Notes: generated by a model not told the origin, from the letters alone. A DNA stretch of 64,000 bases from Bacilli bacterium (GCA_028693035.1 JAQUWE010000004.1:9660-73659), one strand, 5' to 3'. Counted from the first letter of the stretch, positions 20,344-30,255 are shown. Made by a program: numbers and translations.

Positions 20344-22521
20344 CTAGAGTGTGAGTGGATTTAAATCAATCTGCACATAGACCTGCTTGCCTTTCGCATA
20401 ATGTTCATTTAAATACACAAGTTTTTTTAAAATGGTTTCTCTCTTTTTATATTTAATAATGATTTTATAATAATAGAAATCATTTTTTTTAGGCATCGCA
20501 GCGGCAGCAGGACCTAGAATGGTATTCCCTCTATTGTCTTTGTCTAAAAACTTTCTGATTTTAGCACTTTGTTCGATAGCAAAATCTTCTTTTTTAGAAG
20601 AGATTTCAATGACCGCTAAATTGTAATAAGGAGGATACCCTAGTAATTTACGAAGGCGCATTTCTTCTTTATAAAATCCTATATAATCATGGGTACTTGC
20701 TTTTACAATACTGTAATGATTCATATTAAAACCTTGAAAGATAACTTGCCCTTTTTTGTGACTACGTCCTGCTCTTCCCGCTACTTGATTGAGTAAAGCA
20801 AAGGTGCGCTCGCCACTTCTAAAGTCTGGCATATTGAGTCCAGCATCAGCATTTAATACCCCTACAAGTGTTACATTTTCAAAATCAAGTCCTTTAGCAA
20901 TCATTTGTGTTCCTACTAAAATATCATATTTTAAATCTTTAAAATCACCCACAATTTTTTCATGAGCATTTTTTTTGCTTGTCGTATCCGCATCCATTCT
21001 TATAATACGTGCGGAAGCAAATGTTTTTTGGAGTTCCTCTTCTAGTTTTTGGGTACCAAGTCCAAAGGAATCAATGCGCTTGCTTTGGCACTCTGGACAT
21101 TCCTTGATAGGACGTTCTCCATATCCACAATAATGACATCGCATCGTACCCGATGATTTATGAAAAGTAAGCGGAATATCACAGTGTGGACACTTTACTG
21201 TATACCCACAATCATGACAAGTCATAACCGTTGTATACCCTCTTCTATTTAAAAGTAAGATACATTGTTCTCCTTTTTCAAGGGTGGTTTGTATACTTTG
21301 TATTAATTTCCTTGAAAATAAAGAATGTCCGTTTTTTATTTCTTCTTTCATATCTATAAGTTCTACTTTAGGAAGGGTGTTGTGAATACGGTTTTTTAAT
21401 TCTAATAATGTATATTCTCCCATTAGCGCTCTTGTATAACTTTCAATAGAAGGGGTTGCACTTCCTAAAACAATAGGACATTTGTGGTATTTAGCGCGGT
21501 GAAGAGCAATATCGATCGCATGATACTTAGGCTGATTTTCTTGTTTATAAGAACTACTATGTTCCTCATCTAAAATTATAATACCCAAATTTTCAAAGGG
21601 AGCAAAGACAGCGGATCTAGCACCTATAACAATAGATACTTCCTTATTGGTAATTTTGCGCCATTCATCATATTTTTCTCCATTAGAAAGACGACTATGT
21701 AAAATAGCAATTTCATTTCCAAACCTATTTTCAAAAACTTCTACAAACTGGGGTGTTAAACTGATTTCTGGGACAAGTACCAAGGCTTCTTTTCCTTTTT
21801 CTAAAACCTTTTCAATCAAGTGCATATACACTTCTGTCTTGCCACTGCCTGTAACACCATGTAGGAGGTATGGCTGAAAACCCTCTTTTTCTGAAATAGT
21901 TTGTACAATATTTGCTTGTTCTTCTGTTAAAACAGTTTCATTTTTCATTTGTACATTCTTTGCAGAAAGTCGATATACTTCTTCTTTCTTTTCTACTAGT
22001 ACTTCCTTTTTTAATAAAGTCTGCACTGCAGAAGCAGATATTTCTAATAGTTCTTTTTTTTCTACTTTTTCTCTATCATCTAATCTCTCAATGATTTCTT
22101 TTTGTTTTGGTGTTTTGGCAAGTGAGACAGCTCTTTCATATGACATATTTAAAAAGATATAAGTGATATATTTTTTAGGAACGACATATTCTTTTTTTGC
22201 TTTAAGTGCGGGAGGTAACATGGTTTGATAAGAAGCAATTTGGGTAGCCAATGTTTTTTTACTAATATAACTTCCAAGTTCTAATAATTCTTTATTTAAA
22301 ACAGGTTCTTTATCTGTACAAGATAAAATATCTTTGGTCTGATATTCTCCTTGATACTCTGCAAGAATTTCTAAAATAAAACCCTCTAATTTTTGATTGC
22401 CAAAAGGAACCATAACTCTTTTTCCTACTTCCATTTCCTTTTCTAAATTTAGAGGAACATGGTAAGTAAAAGTTTTATTGGTTGCTTTGGCTTTTAATTC
22501 TACTAAAACATTTACATACAT
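20344..22521 (-). CDS. priA: Primosomal protein N' (PriA helicase)
   Basis: GVTGSGKTEVY, DEEH, Cys-rich zinc-binding insert (CHDCGY...CPHC...CHYCGY...CPEC). GAAGGTGA plus 5 nt favours the ATG at 22521. Confidence 0.93.
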   Translation of the reverse strand: MYVNVLVELKAKATNKTFTYHVPLNLEKEMEVGKRVMVPFGNQKLEGFILEILAEYQGEYQTKDILSCTDKEPVLNKELLELGSYISKKTLATQIASYQTMLPPALKAKKEYVVPKKYITYIFLNMSYERAVSLAKTPKQKEIIERLDDREKVEKKELLEISASAVQTLLKKEVLVEKKEEVYRLSAKNVQMKNETVLTEEQANIVQTISEKEGFQPYLLHGVTGSGKTEVYMHLIEKVLEKGKEALVLVPEISLTPQFVEVFENRFGNEIAILHSRLSNGEKYDEWRKITNKEVSIVIGARSAVFAPFENLGIIILDEEHSSSYKQENQPKYHAIDIALHRAKYHKCPIVLGSATPSIESYTRALMGEYTLLELKNRIHNTLPKVELIDMKEEIKNGHSLFSRKLIQSIQTTLEKGEQCILLLNRRGYTTVMTCHDCGYTVKCPHCDIPLTFHKSSGTMRCHYCGYGERPIKECPECQSKRIDSFGLGTQKLEEELQKTFASARIIRMDADTTSKKNAHEKIVGDFKDLKYDILVGTQMIAKGLDFENVTLVGVLNADAGLNMPDFRSGERTFALLNQVAGRAGRSHKKGQVIFQGFNMNHYSIVKASTHDYIGFYKEEMRLRKLLGYPPYYNLAVIEISSKKEDFAIEQSAKIRKFLDKDNRGNTILGPAAAAMPKKNDFYYYKIIIKYKKRETILKKLVYLNEHYAKGKQVYVQIDLNPLTL

Positions 22522-22577
22522 CGTTATCACCTTCTATTTATTATATCATATTTTTTTTAGAACAAAAAAAAATACAT

Positions 22578-22772
22578 TTAATCTAAATGTATCAAACCAG
22601 CGTGTATTTCTTCTAACGCTTTTCCGATTTCTTTTTTTGATTTGTACTCATTTTCTTTCATTTGATAATGATTTGTTTGTTGCATCTCATGTACTCTTTT
22701 AGCAGTTACATTTACTAGTAAATACTTAGAGCCAATTTTTTGCAATAAACTATCAATGGAAGGATATAACAC
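22578..22772 (-). CDS. rpoZ: DNA-directed RNA polymerase subunit omega
   Basis: (M)[35 protein letters not shown] plus 8 nt precedes the GTG at 22772. The longer ORF starting at 22808 is probably an artefact. Confidence 0.8.
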   Translation of the reverse strand: MLYPSIDSLLQKIGSKYLLVNVTAKRVHEMQQTNHYQMKENEYKSKKEIGKALEEIHAGLIHLD

Positions 22773-22814
22773 ACTTACCACGCTCCTTACTCTCATCATA
22801 TAATACATTTACAC

Positions 22815-23417
22815 CTAATGCAAGTCATTCGTCTTTTTTTGACACAAATTGACAGTGTAAAGATTGTAAAGTTCATCGATTTCTTCTTTACTATAAATTG
22901 CTTTTTGTCCCATATGTCTTTCTATCTTAGGCACTAAATATCTTTCATGCACTAAAATTTCATCTTTATAATCCGTCACTAGAAAATGACAAGCCTCTTT
23001 TATGACAAAAACTTTTTGACAAGAAATTTCTTTGATAAGAAGTACTTTATTTAAAGCTTCATTTAAAAGGTTAAAGGGATTGGGTAAAGATATATTATCT
23101 GGTTTTCTTATAAGCCATTCTTTTTGATACTTGCCAGTTATTAAACCATTCTCTGTATACAAATAAAAGAAATAAAAACCAAATTCACTTAACAGCAAGA
23201 CCTCATTCTTTCCTACAATAATTACTTTCTTGTATCCCTTTATTTTATGCGTATAAAGATTTAAAAAGTCCTGTGGTGTTAAAACGGGCTTACTCTTTTC
23301 TCTTTTCTGATCTAATTTATAGATCCATCTAGCTCCTAAATAAAGGACAAGCAAAAAACAAGTAAAGTAGAAGGCAGGTTGTTTAAAAAGATTAAAATTT
23401 TGAAAAAGAACGAACAT
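22815..23417 (-). CDS. Hypothetical membrane-anchored protein (weak NERD-like resemblance only)
   Basis: 200 aa with an N-terminal TM helix. Its ATG lies 1 nt after the pdp stop, consistent with translational coupling. Confidence 0.45.
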   Translation of the reverse strand: MFVLFQNFNLFKQPAFYFTCFLLVLYLGARWIYKLDQKREKSKPVLTPQDFLNLYTHKIKGYKKVIIVGKNEVLLLSEFGFYFFYLYTENGLITGKYQKEWLIRKPDNISLPNPFNLLNEALNKVLLIKEISCQKVFVIKEACHFLVTDYKDEILVHERYLVPKIERHMGQKAIYSKEEIDELYNLYTVNLCQKKTNDLH

Positions 23418-23418
23418 T

Positions 23419-24690
23419 TTAACGAATAACCTCTAATAGTAAAGGGGTTTCTTCCTCTAAAAAGCATTCTATTTGATAAGCCTTTTTTAATGCTGCAAAA
23501 GAAATCTCTTTTGTATAATAAACAGTATAAAGAACCTCTCCTTGGTTTACCCTATCCCCTATTTTTTTATGAAGAACAACGCCTACACCATAGTCTATCT
23601 TGTCTTGCTTTGTTTCTCTTCCAGCTCCAAGATCATGAACAAATTGTCCTACAAGATTGGCATCAAGCTTTGTGACAATACCACTTTCATCACTTTTTAT
23701 ATCGATTTGATTTGTAGATACCGCAATTGCCTTGCTGTTTCCATTCTGTGCTTTTACAAGTTCTTCAAACGTTTCATAAGCTTTGCCATTAGAAAGATTT
23801 TCTTTACACAAGGCACGTGCTTCCTCTAAGGCAATCCCTTTTCCAGCATGTACCATATAACTGCCAAGTTCTATTGCAAGATTCTCTAAATCTTTTGGAC
23901 CCTTTCCTTTTAAAGTATCTATAGCTTCTATTACTTCTAATCCATTTCCAATTGCTTTCCCTAAAGGGGCATTCATATTGGTTAAAAGACAAATGACTTC
24001 CTTTTTATGATGCGCACCAATTTCAACCATAAGATGGGCAAGAGCAGATGCATCTTCTATCGTTTGCATAAGAGCGCCTTTTCCGACCTTTACATCTATC
24101 ACAAATTTATCAGCACCACTCGCAAGTTTCTTACTCATGATACTAGAAGCAATAAGAGGAATAGAAGATACTGTTCCTGTTACATCTCTTAGTGCATACA
24201 TTTTTTTATCAGCAGGTACCAAGTTTCCTGTTTGACTAGCAAGTGCAATTCCTATTTTTTTTACTTGCCCAATAAAAGCTTCTCTAGGAAGATCTACATT
24301 AAAATCTTGAATACTCTCTAATTTATCAATAGTCCCACCCGTAAGGCCAAGACCTCTTCCACTCATTTTTGCAACTGGAATGCCTAAGGAAGCGACCAAA
24401 GGCGCAACAACCAATGTCGTTTTATCTCCAATACCACCTGTGGAATGTTTATCTACTTTCGTTGTAGTGATTTCACTTAAATCAATGGTGTCTCCACTAT
24501 GCAGCATACATTCTGTCAAATAAGAAGTTTCTTCGGCATTCATGCCATTGATACAAATGGCCATTAATAAACTACTCATTTGATATTCTTCTATATTTCC
24601 ATCGACATAATTTTCAACAACAAAAGAAATTTCTTCTTTACATAGTGCTTGTCCTACTCTTTTTTTATTGATAATATCAATTATATGCAT
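23419..24690 (-). CDS. pdp: Pyrimidine-nucleoside (thymidine) phosphorylase
   Basis: VDKHSTGGIGDKTTL and MSGRGLGLTGGTIDKLE motifs, 423 aa. Confidence 0.93.
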   Translation of the reverse strand: MHIIDIINKKRVGQALCKEEISFVVENYVDGNIEEYQMSSLLMAICINGMNAEETSYLTECMLHSGDTIDLSEITTTKVDKHSTGGIGDKTTLVVAPLVASLGIPVAKMSGRGLGLTGGTIDKLESIQDFNVDLPREAFIGQVKKIGIALASQTGNLVPADKKMYALRDVTGTVSSIPLIASSIMSKKLASGADKFVIDVKVGKGALMQTIEDASALAHLMVEIGAHHKKEVICLLTNMNAPLGKAIGNGLEVIEAIDTLKGKGPKDLENLAIELGSYMVHAGKGIALEEARALCKENLSNGKAYETFEELVKAQNGNSKAIAVSTNQIDIKSDESGIVTKLDANLVGQFVHDLGAGRETKQDKIDYGVGVVLHKKIGDRVNQGEVLYTVYYTKEISFAALKKAYQIECFLEEETPLLLEVIR

Positions 24691-24837
24691 ATCAAATCCC
24701 TACTTTCTAGTATTATTATAGCATGAATTTTAAAAGAAAAAAGGAAACATTCTCCAAAGACAAACAAATTATGACAAACTGTATTTTGTTGACACTTTTG
24801 CATTCTATTTTTATAAAAATAAGTTCTGCAAATTGGT

Positions 24838-24866
24838 TTGACATTTTTATAAATACGTGCTAGAAT
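24838..24866 (+). promoter_or_regulatory. Sigma-A promoter of the cold-shock gene with an extended -10
   Basis: TTGACA, a 17-nt spacer, then TGcTAGAAT. This predicts a leader of roughly 80 nt, which is typical for csp genes. Confidence 0.6.
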
Positions 24867-24949
24867 ATGGGTATATTTCAAATGACGTATATTTCATTCT
24901 TTTTATGATAATAGTTACGGTTCGAAATGTTAGTGAAGGAGGAATGAAA

Positions 24950-25165
24950 ATGCACAATGGTACAGTAAAATGGTTCAAAAGCGATAAAGGTTTTGGATTT
25001 ATTACAGATAACGAAACTAAAGAAGATGTTTTTGTACACTTCTCTGCAATCAATGTTGACGGATTCAAAACACTTGAAGAAGGACAACAAGTTACATTTG
25101 ATGTAGAAAGCGATCCAAAAAACCCAAGTAAAAACAGAGCAACTAACGTTGTTATTGCAAAATAA
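24950..25165 (+). CDS. Cold-shock protein (CspA family)
   Basis: [15 protein letters not shown] (RNP1) and VFVHFS (RNP2). GAAGGAGG lies 7 nt upstream of the ATG at 24950. The ATG at 24944 is too close to the SD. Confidence 0.93.
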   Translation: MHNGTVKWFKSDKGFGFITDNETKEDVFVHFSAINVDGFKTLEEGQQVTFDVESDPKNPSKNRATNVVIAK

Positions 25166-25187
25166 TAATTGAAAGCTTATATTTACT

Positions 25188-25217
25188 AAAAAACAATGTT
25201 TAATTACATTGTTTTTT
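25188..25217. terminator. Bidirectional rho-independent terminator (csp / ssb)
   Basis: Perfect 12-bp stem aaaaaacaatgt / acattgtttttt with a 6-nt loop. The A-run and T-run are part of the stem arms. Confidence 0.8.
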
Positions 25218-25222
25218 TTGTA

Positions 25223-25546
25223 TTATTTTTTACTAGAAAGAAAGGTCACCTTTTCGGCAATGACTTCCATCACTCTTTTGGGATAATCATCCTCTTGTTC
25301 AATAGAACGGGATTGGATACGGCCTTTGATCCCTACTAAATCTCCTTTCTTACAATATTCGGTTGTATTTTCTGCGATGCCTTGCCAAAGAACACAGGAA
25401 ATAAAATCAGTATCATATTCCCCACTTACATTCTTATAACTTCTAGGTACTGCTAAAGTAATATTGGTTACTTTTTTTCCTTTCTCTGTTTCAATTAATT
25501 CTGGATCTCTTACGAGTCTTCCTACAATAACGGTTTGATTTAACAC
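25223..25546 (-). CDS. ssb: Single-stranded DNA-binding protein, short form lacking the acidic C-terminal tail
   Basis: (M)LNQTVIVGRLVRDPEL... is an OB fold. The protein ends ...VTFLSSKK with no G/Q-rich linker and no DDDIPF-type tip. AGGAGG lies 6 nt upstream of the GTG at 25546. Confidence 0.85.
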   Translation of the reverse strand: MLNQTVIVGRLVRDPELIETEKGKKVTNITLAVPRSYKNVSGEYDTDFISCVLWQGIAENTTEYCKKGDLVGIKGRIQSRSIEQEDDYPKRVMEVIAEKVTFLSSKK

Positions 25547-25704
25547 ATTATGCCTCCTTTCAAACACACTATAACAGAACAAAAAAAAGAAAACAAATGA
25601 CATATTTCAGAAATTTATTTTCTTTTTATTACATTTTTTATATAAAGGATTCCTATAAAAAGTATATTTTATAAGAAGGTATTCTCAAAAAATTAAAATT
25701 ATCT

Positions 25705-26016
25705 TTATTTACAATTTAAATGATGTTCATATTTTTTGATATTTCTATTCTTATCAGATACAACTGTTGTGTATGAAGATTCTTTACAGGCTTTTAGTTT
25801 GGATAAGTCATAGGTGTCTCCTATTTTTTCATTGATGGTTTTTAGTTGTTTGATTGAAACATCGTTTTTATCTTGTCCTTCTACGCCTTTCATATAAGAC
25901 TCGTAGTACTTTTTGGCATAGGTTTCCATAATGCCTTCGTAATTAACTTTTTTAGTGCATCCCGTTGCAAGTAAACCAAGAAGTATAAAACTAAGAACGA
26001 TCATCTTTTTTTTCAT
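25705..26016 (-). CDS. Putative lipoprotein
   Basis: MKKKMIVLSFILLGLLATGC: a signal peptide with a lipobox-like ATGC. Confidence 0.55.
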   Translation of the reverse strand: MKKKMIVLSFILLGLLATGCTKKVNYEGIMETYAKKYYESYMKGVEGQDKNDVSIKQLKTINEKIGDTYDLSKLKACKESSYTTVVSDKNRNIKKYEHHLNCK

Positions 26017-26030
26017 CTTTTATCTTCCTC

Positions 26031-27341
26031 TCAAAAATAGTCTTTTAATAAGTGATTTAATTCAACTGCATATTCCATTGGTAATTCTTCTCTTAACTTA
26101 TCAATAAATCCCATAATTAATAATTGTTTTGCAGTTTCTAATGGTACCCCTCTACTTTGTAAGTAAAAGAGATTGTCCTCACTTATTTTAGAAACAGTGG
26201 CTTCGTGATTTAAAATAGAAGTATCATTTTTAACTTCATTTTTAGGAATGGTATCACTTTTGGATTTTCCATCTAGTATAATTGTATCACATTTGATTGT
26301 ACTTTGTGAATACTCTGCTTTTTTATCCATGTAAACAGTTCCTCTATAAGTAGCGTTTCCTCCGTCTACCGCAATAGATTTACTGATAATACTGCTTTTT
26401 GTATGTGGGGCTAAATGAATCATTTTTGCGCCTGTGTCTTGTTGCTGAATGCCTTTCGCAATCGCAACTGAAATGCAGTTTCCTTTGGCGTATTCTCCAT
26501 TTAAAATACAGCACGGATATTTCATATTTACTTTAGAACCTACATTGCCATCAATCCATTCCATTAGGCCACCTTTTTCCACAATGGCTCTTTTGGTTAC
26601 TAAGTTATAGACATCGCTCGACCAGTTTTGGATTGTAGTATATCTACATTTGGCATTTTTCCCAACATAGATTTCTACGACGGCAGCATGCAAGGCATCT
26701 TCTGTATAGGTAGGAGCTGTACACCCTTCCATATAATGGAGATCACTGTCTTCTTCTACAACAATAATGGTTCTTTCAAATTGTCCCATATTTTTACTAT
26801 TGATTCTAAAATAGCTTTGTAAAGGTCTATCTATTTTTGTATGAGGGGGTACATAAATAAAAGTGCCTCCACTCCATACTGCTCCATTAAGAGCTGTATA
26901 TTTGTTTTCATCATATTTGACTAAGTTATTAAAATATTTTTTAAATAAATCAGGATATTTGCGAAGGGCTGTATCGGTATCACAAAAGATAATATTTTTA
27001 TCTTCTAATTCTTTAATCATACTGTGATAGATAACTTCACTTTCATACTGGGCACCTATACCACCTAAATACTTTTCTTCTGCATCTGGAAGCCCTAATT
27101 CTTTAAATGTATTTCTAGCATCTTTTGGTACTTTAGACCAATCATGATGTACCTTATCATCAATTCGTTTATAATAATGCACTTTACTAAAATCAATTGT
27201 CAGTTCTGGTCCAAAACGAGGATTTGGAAGACGCTTAAATGTCTCAAAAGCTTGTAGTCTAAATTTTGTCATCCATTCTGGTTCTTTTTTTAGGGCAGAT
27301 ATTTCTTTAACTTTATCTATATCTAATAATTTTGTATTCAT
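26031..27341 (-). CDS. sufB: Fe-S cluster assembly protein SufB
   Basis: SufB/SufD beta-helix C-terminus (HEATVSKISEDNLFYLQSRG...LPMEYAVELN). Confidence 0.9.
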   Translation of the reverse strand: MNTKLLDIDKVKEISALKKEPEWMTKFRLQAFETFKRLPNPRFGPELTIDFSKVHYYKRIDDKVHHDWSKVPKDARNTFKELGLPDAEEKYLGGIGAQYESEVIYHSMIKELEDKNIIFCDTDTALRKYPDLFKKYFNNLVKYDENKYTALNGAVWSGGTFIYVPPHTKIDRPLQSYFRINSKNMGQFERTIIVVEEDSDLHYMEGCTAPTYTEDALHAAVVEIYVGKNAKCRYTTIQNWSSDVYNLVTKRAIVEKGGLMEWIDGNVGSKVNMKYPCCILNGEYAKGNCISVAIAKGIQQQDTGAKMIHLAPHTKSSIISKSIAVDGGNATYRGTVYMDKKAEYSQSTIKCDTIILDGKSKSDTIPKNEVKNDTSILNHEATVSKISEDNLFYLQSRGVPLETAKQLLIMGFIDKLREELPMEYAVELNHLLKDYF

Positions 27342-27383
27342 ACTATCACCATTGTTTATTATACTAGAAAAAACAAAAAAAGC

Positions 27384-27902
27384 CTAGCGTTGAAACCAGG
27401 TCTTTTTCATTTCTTTATTTGATTGTTTCTTCTTTTGACTTGCGATTTCTTCTTCAGTTAGTATCCATTCTGAAGGTTCAGCAACTGTTTTTATAGCCTC
27501 TATGTACTGTTTAATAATAATAAATTGTAATGGTTGATTAAGCTGACTTAAATCAAAGTGTTCAGGATTTACAATGGCAGGACTATTTGTAAGACCTAAT
27601 CTTTCATAAAAATCATGATCTTTTGTATAAGCCTTAGATGGAGGAACAATTACATATGTTTTATATGGTTCTTTTTCATTATGTTCATCTAGCATGCAAG
27701 CCATCTCTACTTCTATTCCATTTACCATTTTCTTATATTTGGCAAATAAATGATACTCAACCTCTAGTGGCGCGTTCCAACTAATTTTGGTACGATCCTC
27801 ACTTACTGTTGAATAAGATATACACGCTACACATAAGTCTGTATAAGCTCTACTCATTAATTCTGTTTCTATTTGTCTTTCTCTACTTTTTTTCCACACC
27901 AT
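27384..27902 (-). CDS. Hypothetical protein encoded between sufU and sufB
   Basis: 172-aa ORF with GAGGAG 7 nt upstream of its ATG. The start overlaps the sufU 3' end by 20 nt. I recognise no motif. Confidence 0.55.
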   Translation of the reverse strand: MVWKKSRERQIETELMSRAYTDLCVACISYSTVSEDRTKISWNAPLEVEYHLFAKYKKMVNGIEVEMACMLDEHNEKEPYKTYVIVPPSKAYTKDHDFYERLGLTNSPAIVNPEHFDLSQLNQPLQFIIIKQYIEAIKTVAEPSEWILTEEEIASQKKKQSNKEMKKTWFQR

Positions 27903-28323
27903 TTTGATACTCCTCTACTACTTTTTTTATACCCCACCAAGGAAGTAATGCACATTTTTTTCGGTTGGGTTGTTTGTAGATATCATCATAGACAATTGCA
28001 TTTTCTAGTACGTCAGCATCATATTCTTTTTCGTTGACCATATTTTCATACTGCGTAATTAAGTGGGAAACTTCAGTCACTGTTTTTCCAATCAATGTTT
28101 CAATCATAATGGAAGTCGCACTGGTACAAATGGCGCAGGCTTCTCCATCAAATCTTATATCTTCTATTTTTTCATCTGTTATTTTTACATTCAGATGAAT
28201 TTCATCGATACAGCTTTCATTATTCATGTTTACATATAGATAGGAAGGATCACTGGTAAGTCCCTTATTTCTTGGATGACTGTAATTTTCTAAAATGATT
28301 TCTCTTTTTAAATGATTGTCCAT
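27883..28323 (-). CDS. sufU: SufU/IscU-like Fe-S scaffold and sulfur-transfer protein
   Basis: ILENYSHPRNKG, NESCIDEI, GEACAICTSATS. Confidence 0.85.
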   Translation of the reverse strand: MDNHLKREIILENYSHPRNKGLTSDPSYLYVNMNNESCIDEIHLNVKITDEKIEDIRFDGEACAICTSATSIMIETLIGKTVTEVSHLITQYENMVNEKEYDADVLENAIVYDDIYKQPNRKKCALLPWWGIKKVVEEYQNGVEKK

Positions 28324-28389
28324 CTTTTCACTTCCTTTTGTGCTTTATATTATAACACAAGAATAGAAATTAATAAAATTTATATTTTT

Positions 28390-29616
28390 TTAGGAAAGTG
28401 CGAAATTGCCATCTTTGAAAATGATATATTCATTTCCTTCTACATCTTTTCCAATAATACTTAAATCTTTAGAACCCACCATAAAATCTACATGGGTATC
28501 ACTATGATTAACACCTGCTTTTAGCAACTCATCTCTTGTCATAGTTCCCCCACCCTTAACAGTTGTTGGAAAGCCAGATCCAAGCGCTAAATGGCAAGAT
28601 GCATTTTCATCATATAGTGTTGTATAGAAAAGAATATTGGAGTTTGATATAGGAGAATCATAATCTACTAGTGCGACTTCTCCTAAGTATTTAGCTTGTT
28701 CATCAATCTCAAAAATACTTTCTAAAGCTTTTTGTCCTTTTTCTGCTTTATAATCAATTACTTTTCCATCTTTAAAAGTCAAATAAAAGTTTTCGATAAT
28801 ATTGCCTTGATATACAAGTGGTTTTGTACTGTAAACAGTCCCATTTGTCCCTAAATAATGTGGAGAACAAAAGATTTCTTCTGTTGGTAGATTGACAACC
28901 AAATCTCTTTTGTGAGAAGGAGAATATTCTTTGGCTCCTGTAAAACGGAAATTTTCAGGTAACGTAACTGTTAAATCCGTACCTAAATCATTTTGATAAT
29001 GTAGCGTCTTTAATGAAAGACTGTTTATTTTTTCACAGCGTTCTATCGTAAGGGCTATTTTTTTATCCCAAGCTGCAATAGGATCTTCTTCATTTACTAA
29101 AGTACATGTAAAAATAGCTTCCCATAATTTATTTGTTGGATTTTCTTCATTTGGAAACACTTTTTTGGCCCATCCATCTGTTGCCACGGCAGCGATAACC
29201 CAAGGCATGTTATAGGTCTTTCTTTGTCCTCTAGCATATGCTTCTGTCTCTAACATTCTTTTTTGAGAAGCAAGTATTTTTTCAGAAGGTACATCCTCAT
29301 ATTCGTCTGGATCTGCTCCTTTTAAGGCAATAACTGAACCACCTTTTTTGGCATACTCGTCCATTTTACTACGGTCAAATAAAGGACAATTGTAAATTTC
29401 TTCTGGTGTAAGAGATAGCAAATGCTCTTTTACAAGTTTAGAGTCTATTATAATATAGCCTATATCTGTAACGCCCATTTCTTTTGCGTGAAAAGTCAGT
29501 CTATCAATAAAGTCAGTGGCTTCGATAGGACCTAAAATAAGTAAGGGTTCATTTGCTTGTATATTGATTCCTTTTTGTAAGATTAATTGTGCATATTTTT
29601 CTAAATTTTGTTCCAT
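28390..29616 (-). CDS. Aminopeptidase, M29 (AmpS/PepS) family
   Basis: N-terminus MEQNLEKYAQLILQKGINIQ..., C-terminus HLALGSGFP...HVDFMVG. AAGGAGG lies 6 nt upstream of the ATG at 29616. Confidence 0.85.
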   Translation of the reverse strand: MEQNLEKYAQLILQKGINIQANEPLLILGPIEATDFIDRLTFHAKEMGVTDIGYIIIDSKLVKEHLLSLTPEEIYNCPLFDRSKMDEYAKKGGSVIALKGADPDEYEDVPSEKILASQKRMLETEAYARGQRKTYNMPWVIAAVATDGWAKKVFPNEENPTNKLWEAIFTCTLVNEEDPIAAWDKKIALTIERCEKINSLSLKTLHYQNDLGTDLTVTLPENFRFTGAKEYSPSHKRDLVVNLPTEEIFCSPHYLGTNGTVYSTKPLVYQGNIIENFYLTFKDGKVIDYKAEKGQKALESIFEIDEQAKYLGEVALVDYDSPISNSNILFYTTLYDENASCHLALGSGFPTTVKGGGTMTRDELLKAGVNHSDTHVDFMVGSKDLSIIGKDVEGNEYIIFKDGNFALS

Positions 29617-29674
29617 ATAGTGCCTCCTTATTGTTAGTATAGCACCTATACAAAAAAAATACCATAAAAGGTAT

Positions 29675-29935
29675 TCATCTTGATTCGACAATTAATTTGA
29701 TCGCGGTTCTCTCTTCTCCTTCAATCACAATATCAGTAAAGGCTGGAATACAAATCAGATTCTTGCCAGAAGGTGCCACAAAACCTCTAGCAATAGCGAT
29801 GGCTTTGATTGCTTGGTTTAAAGCGCCTGCCCCAATCGCTTGCATTTCTACAGATCCTTTTTCCCTAAATACATTGGCAAGTGCTCCTGCAACTGCATTT
29901 GGGTTTGATTTTGCTCTAACTTTAAGTGTTTCCAT
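29675..29935 (-). CDS. spoVS: Stage V sporulation protein S
   Basis: 86 aa: LKVRAKSNPNAVAGALA...AIGAGALNQAIKAIAIARG. Confidence 0.9.
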   Translation of the reverse strand: METLKVRAKSNPNAVAGALANVFREKGSVEMQAIGAGALNQAIKAIAIARGFVAPSGKNLICIPAFTDIVIEGEERTAIKLIVESR

Positions 29936-30094
29936 AATTATTTCCTCCTTGTATAGTTAAATATATGATTGATACACTTTTTTATGCGTAATGCAGGAGG
30001 CATAATATGTTTGGTTTAGGAATTTCTATTGTAATTTGACATAGACTATATAGATATAAGATATAATTTTTTATTATTTTTTTATAAAAAAGCA

Positions 30095-30122
30095 TTGACT
30101 TAAGACAAAAACATGGTATAAT
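30095..30122 (+). promoter_or_regulatory. Sigma-A promoter for tRNA-Gly with an extended -10
   Basis: TTGACT, a 16-nt spacer, then TGgTATAAT, ending 18 nt upstream of the mature tRNA 5' end. Confidence 0.6.
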
Positions 30123-30140
30123 TTTAATTGTCTACTTGAT

Positions 30141-30214
30141 GCGGATGTAGTTTAATGGTAGAACCTCAGCCTTCCAAGCTGACTACGTGGGTTCGATTCC
30201 CATCATCCGCTCCA
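30141..30214 (+). tRNA. tRNA-Gly (anticodon UCC), CCA encoded
   Basis: I folded the cloverleaf by hand. Acceptor stem GCGGATG/CATCCGC, D-stem GTTT/GAAC, anticodon stem TCAGC/GCTGA with loop CTTCCAA, and T-arm GTGGG-TTCGATT-CCCAT. Confidence 0.95.
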
Positions 30215-30225
30215 TATAGAATTTC

Positions 30226-30255
30226 AAAACCTTGTATTCCAAGGTTTTTCTTTTG
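30226..30255 (+). terminator. Rho-independent terminator after tRNA-Gly
   Basis: 9-bp stem aaaaccttg / caaggtttt with a 5-nt loop, followed by a T-rich tail. Confidence 0.8.

Noticed and set aside
24681-25090. Minus-strand ORFs (66-73 aa) and the 102-aa extended plus-strand ORF around the csp gene
   Set aside because: They cover the csp promoter and leader. The SD position indicates that csp starts at 24950 (or 24944), and the extended N-terminus is hydrophobic junk upstream of the promoter-defined transcript.
30007-30039. 10-codon mini-ORF (MFGLGISIVI) with a perfect AGGAGG SD between spoVS and tRNA-Gly
   Set aside because: It is too short to support from sequence alone. It could be a chance SD/ATG pair in the divergent promoter region, and I saw no attenuator-like structure downstream of it.
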